Origin: Xanthobacteraceae bacterium
GTDB lineage: Bacteria; Pseudomonadota; Alphaproteobacteria; Rhizobiales; Xanthobacteraceae
DNA length: 64,000 bases
Assembly (NCBI GenBank): GCA_004297465.1
Contig: SCUB01000020.1
Coordinates: forward strand, 38,183-102,182
Direction of reading: 5' to 3'
Of this stretch, positions 30,372 through 41,314 are shown piece after piece; the stretch's first letter is position 1; every line of letters begins with the position of its first letter. Below the pieces are notes generated by a model. The model worked only from the letters and a program-made list of their open reading frames with translations. It had not been told where the DNA came from and did not search any database. Both the position numbers and the translations under genes were made by a program.

Positions 30372-31343
30372 ATGCGCGACCCCTATGACGTGTTGGGGGT
30401 GCCGAAAAGCGCGAGCGCGGGCGACATCAAGAGCGCGTTCCGCAAGCTCGCCAAGAAGCTGCATCCCGACGCCAACAAGAACGATCCCAAGGCCGCCACG
30501 CAGTTCGCCGAGCTGAACTCGGCCTATGAGATCGTCGGCGACGAGGACAAGCGCAAGCAGTTCGACCGCGGCGAAATCGACGCCGAGGGCAAGCCGCGCT
30601 TCCAGGGCTTCGAGGGGTTCGGCGGCCGTGGCGGCGCGCGCGGCGGCAACGGCTTCGAGCAGTTCCACTTCCGCACCGGCGGCGGGCCGGGGGGCGGCGG
30701 ATTCCAGGGCTTCGGCGGTGGCCTCGACGACCTGCTCAAGGGCGTGTTCGGCGGTGGCGGCGGTGGCGGCACCCGCGCGCGCGCGCAGCAGTTCGAGTTC
30801 GAGGGCAGCCCGTTCGCCGAGCCGACGCTCGACGTCAACGCAACGCTCACGGTGTCGCTGGAGGAGGCCGTCAACGGCGCGCAAAAGCGCGTGCGGCTGC
30901 CGACCGGCAAGGAACTCAACGTCCGCATCCCGGCCGGCGTCACCTCCGGCCAGCAGATCCGCCTCAAGGGTCAGGGCCAGGAAGCGCCCGGCTATCGCCC
31001 CGGCGATGCGCTGATCACCGTGACGATCGCGCCGCATCCGGTTTTCCGCCTTGATGGCAATGACTTGCGGATCGATCTCGCAGTGACGCTTTATGAGGCG
31101 GTGCTGGGCGGAAAGGTCCGCGTGCCGACACTTCAGGGCGCGGTTGAACTGGCCATTCCCAGGAACACCACGAGCGGCCGCACATTTCGCCTGAAGGGCA
31201 AGGGTCTCAGCGCAAAGGGCGCCACCGGCGATCTTTTCGCCACGGTGCGAATCGCGCTGCCCGACGGCGCCGACGCCGATCTCGAAGCCCTGATGCGGCA
31301 CTGGCAGGCCGACAAGCCGTACAACCCGCGCGGCGATCATTGA
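30372..31343 (+). CDS. DnaJ-class chaperone, CbpA-like (J domain, G/F region and two C-terminal beta domains, no zinc finger)
   Basis: J domain DPYDVLGV.KSAS..DIK.AFRKLAKKLHPD, a Gly-rich linker and DnaJ_C repeats. Its TGA abuts the stop of the convergent gene (TGATCA at 31341-31346). Confidence 0.85.
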   Translation: MRDPYDVLGVPKSASAGDIKSAFRKLAKKLHPDANKNDPKAATQFAELNSAYEIVGDEDKRKQFDRGEIDAEGKPRFQGFEGFGGRGGARGGNGFEQFHFRTGGGPGGGGFQGFGGGLDDLLKGVFGGGGGGGTRARAQQFEFEGSPFAEPTLDVNATLTVSLEEAVNGAQKRVRLPTGKELNVRIPAGVTSGQQIRLKGQGQEAPGYRPGDALITVTIAPHPVFRLDGNDLRIDLAVTLYEAVLGGKVRVPTLQGAVELAIPRNTTSGRTFRLKGKGLSAKGATGDLFATVRIALPDGADADLEALMRHWQADKPYNPRGDH

Positions 31344-32126
31344 TCACCGGCGCACCGCGTGGCCGCCATCCTCGATCTGGTCGTAGACGAGACCCGCCAC
31401 CTGCTGCAGCCGGTCGCGCCCGCCCGGGCCGGCCAAGACATAGCCGATTCCATTGTCGGCCCAGAACAGCGCGTTGTCGTGGTCGCGGGCGGTGAAGCGC
31501 ATGCCGGCCTCGTTGGTCGCGGCGCGCGCGCAATAGAGCGTGTAGCGCTCGCCGGAGGCCGCCTCGTACATCAGGAATGCCGCCGGCGCGCCGGGGCCGG
31601 GCAAGAGTCGCCCGCCGACGAATTTCAGCCCGGCGGCCTCCAGTTGCGGGGCGTGGACGGCATAGCCGAGCCGCTTCGACAGCCACTGCACCAGATGCGC
31701 GCGCTCGGCCGCCTCGACCTCGACCGGATGACGCACCTCGACCACGTAGAGCCTGTGGGCATCGAGCGCATCGGCGGTGAAGTTGCGGGCCAGCGATGAT
31801 CCGCCGGTGATGCCGTGCGCGAACCAGCCGATCGTGCCGCCGATGACAAATGCCGCCAGCACCGCGGCCACGGCGTAGGCGATCCGGCGCCGCGACGGCG
31901 CGGCGAGGCGATCGAGCGCGAGGCGGCCGGGAACCGGCTCGTCGGCGACCTTGCCGTAGCGGTCCTGGATGGCGTCCGCGATCGCCCGCCACGACGCCAC
32001 CCGCCGGGCCTCCTCGGGACGGGCGGCGAGCCAGGCTTCGACGGCGGCGCGGCGGTCGTCGGGCAGTTCGCCGTCGGCATAGGCATGGAGTTCGTCTTCG
32101 GTGACGGACGTACCGGGTTCGATCAT
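31344..32126 (-). CDS. anti-sigma factor (zf-HC2-like N-terminus, single TM)
   Basis: Sits immediately downstream of an ECF sigma gene. N-terminal L.AYADGEL motif, a central TM helix and a periplasmic C-domain. Confidence 0.75.
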   Translation of the reverse strand: MIEPGTSVTEDELHAYADGELPDDRRAAVEAWLAARPEEARRVASWRAIADAIQDRYGKVADEPVPGRLALDRLAAPSRRRIAYAVAAVLAAFVIGGTIGWFAHGITGGSSLARNFTADALDAHRLYVVEVRHPVEVEAAERAHLVQWLSKRLGYAVHAPQLEAAGLKFVGGRLLPGPGAPAAFLMYEAASGERYTLYCARAATNEAGMRFTARDHDNALFWADNGIGYVLAGPGGRDRLQQVAGLVYDQIEDGGHAVRR

Positions 32127-32138
32127 GGCCGGTTCCCC

Positions 32139-32627
32139 TTACTTGACCCGGCGCAGCGCCGGCCGCTCGCCGTCGAGGCAGGCGCGCACCTGCGCCCGCG
32201 CCCGCGCCAGGCGCGACATCACCGTGCCGACCGGCACGCCCTGCACCTCGGCGACCTCGCGGTAGGACAATCCTTCCAGCACCACCAGCAGCAGCACCGC
32301 GCGCTGGTCCTCGACCAGGCTTGCCAGCGCGCGCTCGATGTCGCGGTTCTCGGCCTCGGTGCCGCCCGCCGCCTCGGGACTGTCGGTGAGCGGCATCAGC
32401 GCCGGGCGCCGCGCCAGCGAGCGGCGGCGGTTGCGGTTGAGGTTGGTGAGGATGGTGTAGAGCCAGCCGCGCAGGTCGCCGCCGTGGAACAGTCGTTCCG
32501 AGCGCAGCGCCCGCACCAGCGTGTCCTGCACCAGATCGTCGGCGATGTCGGCATCGTGGGTCAGCGCCCGCGCATAGCGCCGCAGCGCCGGGATCATCCG
32601 TTCGACGCTGTCGCGAAAGATGTCCAT
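32139..32627 (-). CDS. ECF-type RNA polymerase sigma-70 factor
   Basis: Region 2 (DLVQDTL.RA) and region 4 (LSY.E.A...G.P.GTVMSRL.RAR) motifs. Start taken at MDIFRDSV. Confidence 0.88.
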   Translation of the reverse strand: MDIFRDSVERMIPALRRYARALTHDADIADDLVQDTLVRALRSERLFHGGDLRGWLYTILTNLNRNRRRSLARRPALMPLTDSPEAAGGTEAENRDIERALASLVEDQRAVLLLVVLEGLSYREVAEVQGVPVGTVMSRLARARAQVRACLDGERPALRRVK

Positions 32628-32889
32628 GGCGGACCTCGAAACCGGCCACCGCCGGAGGGTGCGATGTGCCGAGTGTAATGACTGAACACCGTGTCCGGCA
32701 GCGCTATTCCATGCCCGTCCCGGCAAAAGCCGGCCCCGGCCAGCTTGAAGCGATTTTTGCGCTATGCCATTAGGGGCCACGCCCCATCCGGGGGCAGGCG
32801 GCCCGTTGCGGCGGGAAATCTTTCCAGGCCTGACAAAAATCTGTTATTTCAGATAGTTAGTTCTGGCGATGCGGATAGGGTGCACAACG

Positions 32890-33708
32890 ATGGCGAACAC
32901 GACGGGGCTGATGGCGGGCAAGCGCGGCGTCATCCTGGGGGTGGCGAACAACCGGTCGATCGCCTGGGGCATCGCCAGGGCGTGCCGGGCGCAGGGCGCG
33001 ACGCTGGGCCTGAGCTGGCAGGGCGAGGCGCTGAAAAAGCGCGTCGAGCCGCTGGCCGCCGAACTCGACGCCATCCTGCTCGGCCATTGCGACGTCACCG
33101 ACCCGGCCACCATCGACGCGGTGTTCGCGGAAGCCGCCAGGGCGTGGGGCAAGATCGATTTCGTCGTCCACGCCATCGCGTTCTCCGACAAGGACGAACT
33201 CGACGGCCGCTATGTCGACACCACGGCGGATAACTTCAGCCGCACCATGCTGATCAGCTGCTATTCGCTGACCTCGGTGATCCAGCGCGCCGAAAAGCTG
33301 ATGACCGATGGTGGCTCGGTGCTGACGCTCACCTATTACGGCGCCGAGAAGTGGATGCCCCATTACAACGTCATGGGCGTGGCCAAGGCGGCGCTGGAGG
33401 CGAGCGTGCGCTATCTCGCCGCCGATCTCGGCGAGAAGAACATCCGCGTCAACGCCATCTCGGCTGGGCCAATCAAGACGCTGGCGGCCTCCGGCGTCGG
33501 CGACTTCCGCTACATCCTCAAGTGGAACGAATACAATTCGCCGCTCAAGCGCACCGTGACCATCGAGGAGGTCGGCGACGCCGGCATGTATTTCCTCTCC
33601 GATCTCTCGCGCGGCGTCACCGGCGAGATCCATCACGTCGACTCCGGCTACCACGTCGTCGGCATGAAGCGACCCGACGCGCCCGACCTCGCGCTGGTGA
33701 AGGAATAA
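32890..33708 (+). CDS. fabI: enoyl-[acyl-carrier-protein] reductase (NADH)
   Basis: GLMAGKRG.ILGVANNRSIAWGIA N-terminus, Y..MGVAKAALE catalytic Tyr/Lys motif, and NAISAGPIKTLA. Confidence 0.92.
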   Translation: MANTTGLMAGKRGVILGVANNRSIAWGIARACRAQGATLGLSWQGEALKKRVEPLAAELDAILLGHCDVTDPATIDAVFAEAARAWGKIDFVVHAIAFSDKDELDGRYVDTTADNFSRTMLISCYSLTSVIQRAEKLMTDGGSVLTLTYYGAEKWMPHYNVMGVAKAALEASVRYLAADLGEKNIRVNAISAGPIKTLAASGVGDFRYILKWNEYNSPLKRTVTIEEVGDAGMYFLSDLSRGVTGEIHHVDSGYHVVGMKRPDAPDLALVKE

Positions 33709-33722
33709 GCGGGCGGCTACCT

Positions 33723-33934
33723 CGTCATGCGCGGGCCTGACCCGCGCATCCATCTTGACGCTCACTCCTCCCACGTCATGCCGGGCCTGACCCGGGCATC
33801 CGGCCTTTCCCTTGTCATGCCCGGGCTTGACCCGGGCAGCCATGGGGTTCTCCGCGACGTGTGGGTTCGCAAGCTGGATTGCCGGGTCAAGCCCGGCAAT
33901 GACGGGTGGAGAGGCTCGAGCCCGGCAATGACGA
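33723..33934. repeat. REP/MITE-like palindromic element cluster
   Basis: Three left arms (GTCATGC(G/C)CGGGC(C/T)TGACCCG(C/G)GCA) followed by right arms GGATTGCCGGGTCAAGCCCGGCAATGACG and CCCGGCAATGACGAG. Confidence 0.9.
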
Positions 33935-33995
33935 GTGGAGCGACGCCATTTGACGCTGCGCGGCGGGCGGGTTACCACGCATCAGGTGAAAGAGC

Positions 33996-35081
33996 ATGTC
34001 GTTCAATACCTTCGGCCATCTGTTCCGGGTCACCACCTTTGGCGAGAGCCACGGGCCCGCGATCGGCTGCGTGGTTGACGGCTGTCCGCCGCGCATCCCG
34101 CTCACCGCCGAGGAGATCCAGCACGATCTCGACCGCCGCCGGCCCGGCCAGTCGCGCTTCACCACCCAGCGCCAGGAAGCCGACGCGGTCAAAATCCTAT
34201 CCGGCGTGTTCGCCGATCCCGACAGCGGCGCGCAGGTGACCACCGGCACGCCGATCGGCCTCCTGATCGAGAACACCGACCAGCGCTCGAAGGATTACGG
34301 CGACATCGCCGGAAAATTCCGCCCCGGCCACGCCGACTTCACCTACGAGGCCAAGTACGGCATCCGCGACTATCGCGGCGGCGGCCGCTCGTCGGCGCGC
34401 GAAACCGCGATGCGGGTGGCGGCCGGCGCCATCGCGCGCAAGATCGTGCCGAACCTGATCGTGCGCGGCGCGCTGGTGCAGATGGGGCCGCATCGCATCG
34501 ACCGCGACAAATGGGACTGGGACGAGATCGCCCGCAACCCGTTCTTCTGCCCGGACAAGGACAAGGCGGCGTTTTTCGAGGACTATCTCGACGGCATCCG
34601 CAAGAAGGGTTCCTCGATCGGCGCGGTGGTCGAGATCGTCGCCGAGGGCGTGCCGGCCGGCCTCGGCGCGCCGGTCTATGGCAAGCTCGACAGCGATCTC
34701 GCGCTGGCGCTGATGGGCATCAACGCGGTCAAGGGCGTCGAGATCGGCGCCGGATTCGGCGCCGCCGAGCTTACCGGCGAGGACAACGCCGATGAGATGC
34801 GCATGGGCAATGACGGCCCAATGTTCCTGTCCAACAACGCCGGCGGCATCCTCGGCGGCATCTCCACCGGCCAGCCGGTGGTGGCGCGCATTGCGGTGAA
34901 GCCGACCTCGTCGATCCTGACGCCGCGCAGAACCATCGACCGCGACGGCCATGATACCGAAATCTCCACCAAAGGCCGCCACGATCCGTGCGTCGGTATT
35001 CGCGCCGTGCCGGTGGGCGAGGCGATGGTGGCATGCGTGCTGGCCGATCATTACCTGCGCCATCGTGGGCAGGTGGGCTGA
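33996..35081 (+). CDS. aroC: chorismate synthase
   Basis: [10 protein letters not shown]...G.V.DG.P and GRHDPCV motifs; 361 aa. Confidence 0.93.
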   Translation: MSFNTFGHLFRVTTFGESHGPAIGCVVDGCPPRIPLTAEEIQHDLDRRRPGQSRFTTQRQEADAVKILSGVFADPDSGAQVTTGTPIGLLIENTDQRSKDYGDIAGKFRPGHADFTYEAKYGIRDYRGGGRSSARETAMRVAAGAIARKIVPNLIVRGALVQMGPHRIDRDKWDWDEIARNPFFCPDKDKAAFFEDYLDGIRKKGSSIGAVVEIVAEGVPAGLGAPVYGKLDSDLALALMGINAVKGVEIGAGFGAAELTGEDNADEMRMGNDGPMFLSNNAGGILGGISTGQPVVARIAVKPTSSILTPRRTIDRDGHDTEISTKGRHDPCVGIRAVPVGEAMVACVLADHYLRHRGQVG

Positions 35082-35188
35082 GCCGCGCCCACGATTTCTC
35101 CTGACCGGAAAGTGATGACAGACCCGACCGGCCGCGGCTTCTGCCGCTGTCGCCGCCATGTCATCATCGCATGGGCCGGGAGAAGGAG

Positions 35189-36076
35189 ATGGCGATGCAT
35201 CGCGCGAAGTCGCTTGCCTTCATCGTAGCCGGCGGAACCGTTATTGCCGGCCTTGTCGGACTGGCCTTTCTTTCCGGCGGCGCGGGACTTGCCGCGCCAA
35301 ATTCGCCGGGGCTGGCCACGCAGGGACTGCGCACCGACAATCGCCCCGCGGCCACGCCGGTCGACATCGAGCTCGCGCTCGCCGTCGACGTGTCCTATTC
35401 GATGGACACCGACGAACTCGCCGTGCAGCGCGAAGGCTATGCCGACGCGCTGGTCTCTCCCGAATTCCTGAGCGCGCTGCGTATCGGCACCCATGGCCGC
35501 ATCGCCGTCACTTATTTCGAATGGGCCGCCGCCTACGACCAGACCATCGTGGTGCCGTGGCGGCTGATCGACGGGCCGGAATCGGCCGACTCCGTCGCCG
35601 CCGAGATCCGCGCCGCGCCGATCCGGCGCGCGGCGCGCACTTCGATCTCCGGCGCCATTACCTTCGCCATGCCGCTGTTCGAGACCAGCGGCTACCGGGG
35701 CCAGCGCCGCGTCATCGACATTTCCGGCGACGGTCCCAACAACAACGGCATGCCGATCACGGTGGCGCGCGACGAGGCCATCTCGCGCGGCTTCACCATC
35801 AACGGGCTTCCGATCATGATCAAGCCGATGTCGACCTCGATGATGGATATCGAGAACCTCGACAACTACTACGAGGACTGCGTGATCGGCGGTCCCGGCG
35901 CGTTCGTGGTGCCGATCAAGACGCGCGAGAAATTCAAGGAGGCGATCCGCACCAAGCTGGTGATGGAGGTCGCCGGGCGCGTGCCGGAGCGGCCGGTGGT
36001 GCCGATGGCCACGCCGCTGCCGCGCGTCTCCTGCATGATCGGCGAGCGGATGTGGCAGCAGCGCTGGGGACCGTGA
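35189..36076 (+). CDS. DUF1194-domain (vWA-like) secreted protein
   Basis: Signal/TM segment, then DIELALAVDVSYSMD..E...QR.GY and VIDISGDGPNN, recalled as DUF1194. Confidence 0.65.
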   Translation: MAMHRAKSLAFIVAGGTVIAGLVGLAFLSGGAGLAAPNSPGLATQGLRTDNRPAATPVDIELALAVDVSYSMDTDELAVQREGYADALVSPEFLSALRIGTHGRIAVTYFEWAAAYDQTIVVPWRLIDGPESADSVAAEIRAAPIRRAARTSISGAITFAMPLFETSGYRGQRRVIDISGDGPNNNGMPITVARDEAISRGFTINGLPIMIKPMSTSMMDIENLDNYYEDCVIGGPGAFVVPIKTREKFKEAIRTKLVMEVAGRVPERPVVPMATPLPRVSCMIGERMWQQRWGP

Positions 36077-36090
36077 TCTTAGACTAACGG

Positions 36091-37335
36091 TCAGCGCGTA
36101 CGCGTCAGCCGTGCCACCAGCTCGGCATGCGGAGTGTGACGGAACTGGTCCACCGGCGTCACCGTTTCGAGCCGGTAGCCGCCCTCGATCAGGATGCGGG
36201 CATCGCGCGCGAACGTGGTGGCGTTGCACGACACCGCGACGATCACCGGCACGCGGCTTTGCGCAAGCTGGCGCGCCTGCGCCACCGCGCCCTGACGCGG
36301 CGGATCGAACACCACGGCCTTGATGTCGGAAAGTTCGGTGGGCATCAGCGGACGGCGGAACAGGTCGCGCGCCTCCGCCGCCACCGGCTTGAGGCCCTGC
36401 GTTGCCTGCGCGGCCTTGCGCAGGGCGTCGATCGCGCCGGACTCGCTGTCGTAGGCTACGACGCGGGCGCGTTGTGCCAGCCGCAGCGCGAACGGACCGA
36501 CGCCGCAGAACAGGTCGGCCACCGTCTTCGCGCCATCGGTGAGCGCCAGCACGCGCTCGGCCAGCACCTGTTCGCCGCGCGCGGTCGCCTGCAGGAACGC
36601 GCCGGGCGGCAGCGTCACCCTTGCCGGCCCCATCTCGACCAGCGGCGGCGCGCGCAACAGGATCAGTTCGCCATGGCGGGTGAGCCGCGCAAGCCGATGC
36701 CGTTCGGCAAGCCGCGCCAGCTCCGCCATGCGCGAAGGGGGCAGTGGTCCGGAGCCGCGCACGTCGATGTCGAGTCCGTTGAACGTCGCCGTGATCTGGA
36801 TGTCGAGCGGCTTGTCGGCCGGCTTGACGAATTCGGCGATCTCCCACGCCGCGGCGAGGGCGCCGCCGAGCGCGGGCGCGAGAATCGGACAGTGATCGAT
36901 CGGAATGATCTGGTGCGCGTTCTGCGCCATGTAGCCGACCTGCAGGATATCGTGCGTGCCGCGCCGCGCATGCACCACGATGCGGCGGCGGCCCTCGCCA
37001 TGGGCATCTAGCAACTCGCCGACCTCGGCCTCGAGCCCGGCCTGCCGCAAAGTCTCGACCACCAGGCCGCGTTTCCAGGCGCGATAGCGCTCCGGTTGCC
37101 AGTGCTGGATGGCGCAGCCTCCGCAGATGCCGAAATGCGGACAGAACGCCGGGATCCGTTCCGGACTCGGTTGCTCGACACGCAGCAGATGGCGGCGGTC
37201 GGGATGGCCGGCGACCGCCTCGGCCTCGACCACTTCGCCGGGCAGCGTGAACGGCACGAAGACCGTGCCGCCGTCGTGGAGCGCGGCGCCGTCGCCGCGA
37301 TGCGCGACATGGTCGATGGTGAGATGGTCAACCAC
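36091..37335 (-). CDS. class I SAM-dependent RNA (uracil-5-)-methyltransferase, TrmA/RumA family
   Basis: Fe-S cysteine cluster [13 protein letters not shown] motif DLFCGVG.F, C-terminal DPPR.G and the SCN..T catalytic Cys region. Confidence 0.8.
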   Translation of the reverse strand: MVDHLTIDHVAHRGDGAALHDGGTVFVPFTLPGEVVEAEAVAGHPDRRHLLRVEQPSPERIPAFCPHFGICGGCAIQHWQPERYRAWKRGLVVETLRQAGLEAEVGELLDAHGEGRRRIVVHARRGTHDILQVGYMAQNAHQIIPIDHCPILAPALGGALAAAWEIAEFVKPADKPLDIQITATFNGLDIDVRGSGPLPPSRMAELARLAERHRLARLTRHGELILLRAPPLVEMGPARVTLPPGAFLQATARGEQVLAERVLALTDGAKTVADLFCGVGPFALRLAQRARVVAYDSESGAIDALRKAAQATQGLKPVAAEARDLFRRPLMPTELSDIKAVVFDPPRQGAVAQARQLAQSRVPVIVAVSCNATTFARDARILIEGGYRLETVTPVDQFRHTPHAELVARLTRTR

Positions 37336-38059
37336 GGCGGGCTCCGATCAGGAATTCGCGATTGCCGTCGCCGCCCTCGATCGGCGAGTCGACAAGGCCG
37401 ATGATGTCGCAGCCAAGATCGCGCAGCACGGTGGCGATGTCCTCGCAGACGGCGGCCTGCACGGTGGCGTCGCGCACGATGCCTTTCTTGATGGCGGCGC
37501 GCGGCGCCTCGAACTGCGGCTTGACCAGCGCGACGAGCTGCATGGCCGGTGCGGCCAGCGCCAGCGCGGCGGGCAGCACTTTCTTAAGCGAGATGAAGCT
37601 GACGTCGATGGTCACGAGTTGCGGCGGCGCGGCGAGGCGCGCGGCATCAAGGGTGCGGATATCGGTCTGCTCCAGCGAGGTCAGGCGCGGGTGGCCGCGC
37701 AACGAGGCATGCAGCTGATCGCGCCCGACATCGACCGCATCGACATGGCGCGCGCCGCGCGTCAGGAGCACCTGCGTGAAGCCGCCGGTGGAGGCGCCGA
37801 TGTCGAGGCAGATCCGGTCCGCGGGATCGATGCCAAGGCGATCGAGCGCATGGGCAAGCTTGACGCCGCCGCGCGAAACCCAGGGATGGGCGGGCGCGGC
37901 GCTGAGCGCTGCATCGCGCGGAAGTTCCTCGGAAGGCTTGCGCACCAAGGCGCCGTCGGCGCTGACGAGGCCGGCGGCGATGGCGGCCTGCGCGCGCGCG
38001 CGGCTTTCGAACAACCCGCGTTCGACGAGCAGCCGGTCGGCGCGCTGCCGGGCGGTCAT
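37328..38059 (-). CDS. tlyA: TlyA-family rRNA 2'-O-methyltransferase
   Basis: S4-like N-terminus R.D.LLVERGL..SR..A...I..G.V, the SRGG.KL motif and [16 protein letters not shown] motif. Start taken at MTARQRAD. Confidence 0.85.
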   Translation of the reverse strand: MTARQRADRLLVERGLFESRARAQAAIAAGLVSADGALVRKPSEELPRDAALSAAPAHPWVSRGGVKLAHALDRLGIDPADRICLDIGASTGGFTQVLLTRGARHVDAVDVGRDQLHASLRGHPRLTSLEQTDIRTLDAARLAAPPQLVTIDVSFISLKKVLPAALALAAPAMQLVALVKPQFEAPRAAIKKGIVRDATVQAAVCEDIATVLRDLGCDIIGLVDSPIEGGDGNREFLIGARRG

Positions 38060-38066
38060 GACGGGG

Positions 38067-39986
38067 TCAGGCCAGCCTGATCGCTTCGGCGGGAAAATCC
38101 TTGCCGAGCGCCTCGAACGCCTTGGTGACGATGGCCTTGGCGTCGAGGCCGGCGCGGGCATACATCGCCGCCGGGGTGTCGTGATCGAGATAGACATCCG
38201 GCAGGATCATCGAGCGCACGCGCAGGCCGCGGTCGAGCACGCCGTGTTCGGCGAGCGTCTGCAGCACGTGCGAGCCAAAGCCGCCGACCGCGCCTTCCTC
38301 GATGGTGATGAGGATTTCGTGTTCGCGCGCCAGCCGCAGCACCAGGTCGACGTCGAGCGGCTTGAGGAAGCGGGCGTCGGCGACGGTGGCGGAGAGGCCA
38401 TGCGCCATCAGTTCGTCCGCCGCCTTCAGGCATTCGCCGAGCCGGGTGCCGAACGACAGCAGCGCCACCTTGCCGCCTTCGCGCAGGATGCGGCCCTTGC
38501 CGATTTCGAGCGGCACGCCGTGCTCGGGCATGGTGACGCCAAGCCCTTCGCCGCGCGGGTAGCGGAACGCCGAGGGACGGTCGTCGATGGCCGCAGCGGT
38601 CGCCACCATGTGCACGAGCTCGGCCTCGTCGCCCGCCGCCATGATGACGAAACCGGGCAGGCAGCCGAGATAGGCGTTGTCGAACGAACCGGCGTGGGTC
38701 TGGCCGTCGGCGCCGACCAGACCGGCGCGGTCGATGGCGAAGCGCACCGGCAGCGACTGGATCGCGACATCGTGCACGATCTGGTCGTAGGCGCGCTGCA
38801 GGAAGGTCGAGTAGATGGCGCAGAACGGCTTGTAGCCCTCGGCGGCGAGGCCGGCGGCGAAGGTCACCGCGTGCTGCTCGGCGATGCCGACATCGAAGAT
38901 GCGCGCCGGGAACTCCTTGCCGAACAGGTCGAGCCCGGTGCCCGAGGGCATCGCCGCCGTGATCGCGACGATCTTGTCGTCCTTGCGCGCCTCCTTGACG
39001 AGGCTCGCGCCGAACACGCTGGTGTAGGACGGTGCGTTGGACTTCGACTTGGCCTGCGTGCCGGTGGCGATGTCGAACTTGACGACGCCGTGATACTTGT
39101 CCTCGGACCTCTCGGCCGGTTCGTAGCCCTTGCCCTTCTGCGTGACGACGTGAACGAGGATGGGGCCGAACTCGGCGTCGCGCACGTTCTTGAGCACCGG
39201 CAGGAGGTGATCGAGATTGTGGCCGTCGATCGGGCCGACGTAATAGAAGCCAAGCTCCTCGAACAGCGTGCCGCCGGTGACATAGCCGCGCGCGTGCTCG
39301 ACCGCGCGGGTGATCGCGCTGTCGAGCCGCTTGGGCAATTGCGCGGTGAGCTGCTTGCCGAAATCGCGTAGCTTGAGATAGGTGCGGCCCGAGCCGAGCC
39401 GGGCGAGATAGGACGACATGGCGCCGACCGGCGGCGCGATCGACATGTCGTTGTCGTTGAGGATGACGATCAGGCGCGAGTGGCTGGCGCCGGCGTTGTT
39501 CATCGCCTCATAGGCCATGCCGGCCGACATCGCGCCGTCGCCGATCACCGCGATGACGTGGTCGGGGCGGCCGTCGAGATCGCGCGCCACCGCCATGCCG
39601 AGGCCGGCGGAGATCGAGGTCGAGGAATGTCCGGCGCCGAACGGATCGTATTCGCTCTCGCTGCGCTTGGTGAAACCGGACAGTCCCTTGCCCTGGCGCA
39701 GGGTGCGGATGCGGTCGCGCCGGCCGGTGAGGATCTTATGCGGATAGGCCTGGTGACCGACGTCCCAGATCAGGCGGTCGCGCGGCGTGTCGAACACGTA
39801 ATGCAGCGCCAGCGTGAGTTCGACGACGCCAAGTCCGGCGCCGAGATGGCCGCCGGTCGCCGCCACCGCGTCGATGGTCTCCTGGCGCAACTCGTCGGCG
39901 ACCTGGCGCAGCTGTTCAGGCTGCAGATGGCGCAGCAGGTCCGGCGTCGGCACAAGATCGAGCAGTGGCGTCCTGGTCGGCTGCAT
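38067..39986 (-). CDS. dxs: 1-deoxy-D-xylulose-5-phosphate synthase
   Basis: [19 protein letters not shown]...WDVGHQ.Y.HK, GDGA...GMA.EA.N thiamine diphosphate motif. The ORF extends to 40001. Confidence 0.93.
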   Translation of the reverse strand: MQPTRTPLLDLVPTPDLLRHLQPEQLRQVADELRQETIDAVAATGGHLGAGLGVVELTLALHYVFDTPRDRLIWDVGHQAYPHKILTGRRDRIRTLRQGKGLSGFTKRSESEYDPFGAGHSSTSISAGLGMAVARDLDGRPDHVIAVIGDGAMSAGMAYEAMNNAGASHSRLIVILNDNDMSIAPPVGAMSSYLARLGSGRTYLKLRDFGKQLTAQLPKRLDSAITRAVEHARGYVTGGTLFEELGFYYVGPIDGHNLDHLLPVLKNVRDAEFGPILVHVVTQKGKGYEPAERSEDKYHGVVKFDIATGTQAKSKSNAPSYTSVFGASLVKEARKDDKIVAITAAMPSGTGLDLFGKEFPARIFDVGIAEQHAVTFAAGLAAEGYKPFCAIYSTFLQRAYDQIVHDVAIQSLPVRFAIDRAGLVGADGQTHAGSFDNAYLGCLPGFVIMAAGDEAELVHMVATAAAIDDRPSAFRYPRGEGLGVTMPEHGVPLEIGKGRILREGGKVALLSFGTRLGECLKAADELMAHGLSATVADARFLKPLDVDLVLRLAREHEILITIEEGAVGGFGSHVLQTLAEHGVLDRGLRVRSMILPDVYLDHDTPAAMYARAGLDAKAIVTKAFEALGKDFPAEAIRLA

Positions 39987-40180
39987 CACAGGTCCCGGCA
40001 ACCTTGATTGGCGTCAATGGTCCCGCGTTTCGGCGGTCATGAAAAGAGCAAGGCCGCAGAAAGGCTTACACCAAGTTTCCGGCCAAGCCAATGCAACCGG
40101 GCGGTGCCGGACGGCAATCTTCGCGCCACGAATACGCGTTATAGATCAGAGCGATACGCGCGCCCGTCAAAGCGCGCCCG

Positions 40181-40432
40181 CTATTGGACGTCGAGCGGCT
40201 CGGTGCCGCTGGCGCGGCCAGCGGCGTCGGTGGTGATTTTCTCGACGCGACCCTCGGCCTGGCGCAACAGTTCCTCGCAGCGGCGCTTCAGGGTCTCGCC
40301 GCGCTCATAGATGGTCACCGATTCCTCCAGCGGCACCTTGCCTTCCTCGAGGCGCTTGACGATCGACTCGAGCTCCTCGATCGCGCGCTCGAAGCTCAGG
40401 CGCTTGACGTCGGCGTTGGTGTTGTCGGCCAT
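40181..40432 (-). CDS. xseB: exodeoxyribonuclease VII small subunit
   Basis: SFE.A..ELE.IV..LE.G...LE.S...YERG..L...C canonical XseB pattern; classic dxs-proximal position. Confidence 0.88.
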   Translation of the reverse strand: MADNTNADVKRLSFERAIEELESIVKRLEEGKVPLEESVTIYERGETLKRRCEELLRQAEGRVEKITTDAAGRASGTEPLDVQ

Positions 40433-40572
40433 CTTGTTGGCTCCTTGCACGAATCGCTTCTCCGCCACTGTCAGGCAAGGCGGCGGAGCGCTCAAGACCG
40501 ACGTTGCCACCCCAGCGGACAACCTTGGCAAAACCGTGTTGAGGGCGGCCCCCAAGGGTTGCGGACCTGGGA

Positions 40573-41226
40573 TTAAATTTGCGGAAAGTCGGGTTCATCA
40601 GCCATGTTTTCCGGGCTGACGTGTCGTCGGGCGGCACCGCCCATCTCGGGAGCGAGGGGCGCGGAGCCGTCCTGTTGGCGCGGGCCTTCCGTTGCAACCG
40701 ACGCATGGCCACTCACTCTGAACATCTTCTGGAAGAAAAGGTTGTTTGGAATCTGCAGCACGTCCCCACAGTCTTCGCGCAGTGTCGTGAACATCAGATT
40801 CTGGTCGATAACCTGTCCTTTCAAATTCTCAATTTCAACGGTCTGGCCGAAATGAAACGGTCGCCAGAGCACAAGGAAGAAGCTGGCGGTAAAATTGCTG
40901 ATCATCGCCCAGGTGGCGAGGAAGCCCACGCCAATAACGGTGATGATGCTGACCAGAACCGTCCAGACACCGCCAAGTCCGATACCCCAAGCGTTGAGAA
41001 GGGCAAATACGGCAAGAACCCAGAGTCCGGCAACCACGATGCGATTGATGATGAGACTGGTCTCATCGCTCAGGGACAGGCGACCTTGGAGATATGACAG
41101 CCAGCGCTGGAGAAGCCGACTAAGTACGAGAATAACAATTGCGGTTACGATCAGGATCACGACGCTCGCGGCGACGGTCACGACATTGATGTTATGATGA
41201 TCAAGCCATTCGGCGGCCTGGGTCAT
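40573..41226 (-). CDS. small mechanosensitive-channel (MscS-like) family protein
   Basis: Three TM helices, then the beta-domain string FHFGQTVEIENLKGQVIDQNLMFTTL, resembling the MscS core. Visibly lower GC than the flanking genes. Confidence 0.65.
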   Translation of the reverse strand: MTQAAEWLDHHNINVVTVAASVVILIVTAIVILVLSRLLQRWLSYLQGRLSLSDETSLIINRIVVAGLWVLAVFALLNAWGIGLGGVWTVLVSIITVIGVGFLATWAMISNFTASFFLVLWRPFHFGQTVEIENLKGQVIDQNLMFTTLREDCGDVLQIPNNLFFQKMFRVSGHASVATEGPRQQDGSAPLAPEMGGAARRHVSPENMADEPDFPQI

Positions 41227-41314
41227 TGCTCACCATCCGGAGCAAGTGATGATCCGTCCCGTTCCAACGCGAACATGGCCGTATGGGTTCCAAAAAGCCG
41301 CGGGGCAAGTTGGC

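Noticed and set aside
35051-36847. 598-aa minus-strand ORF
   Set aside because: It overlaps the DUF1194 gene (antisense) and the methyltransferase gene out of frame. Arg/Gly/Ala-rich with no motifs.
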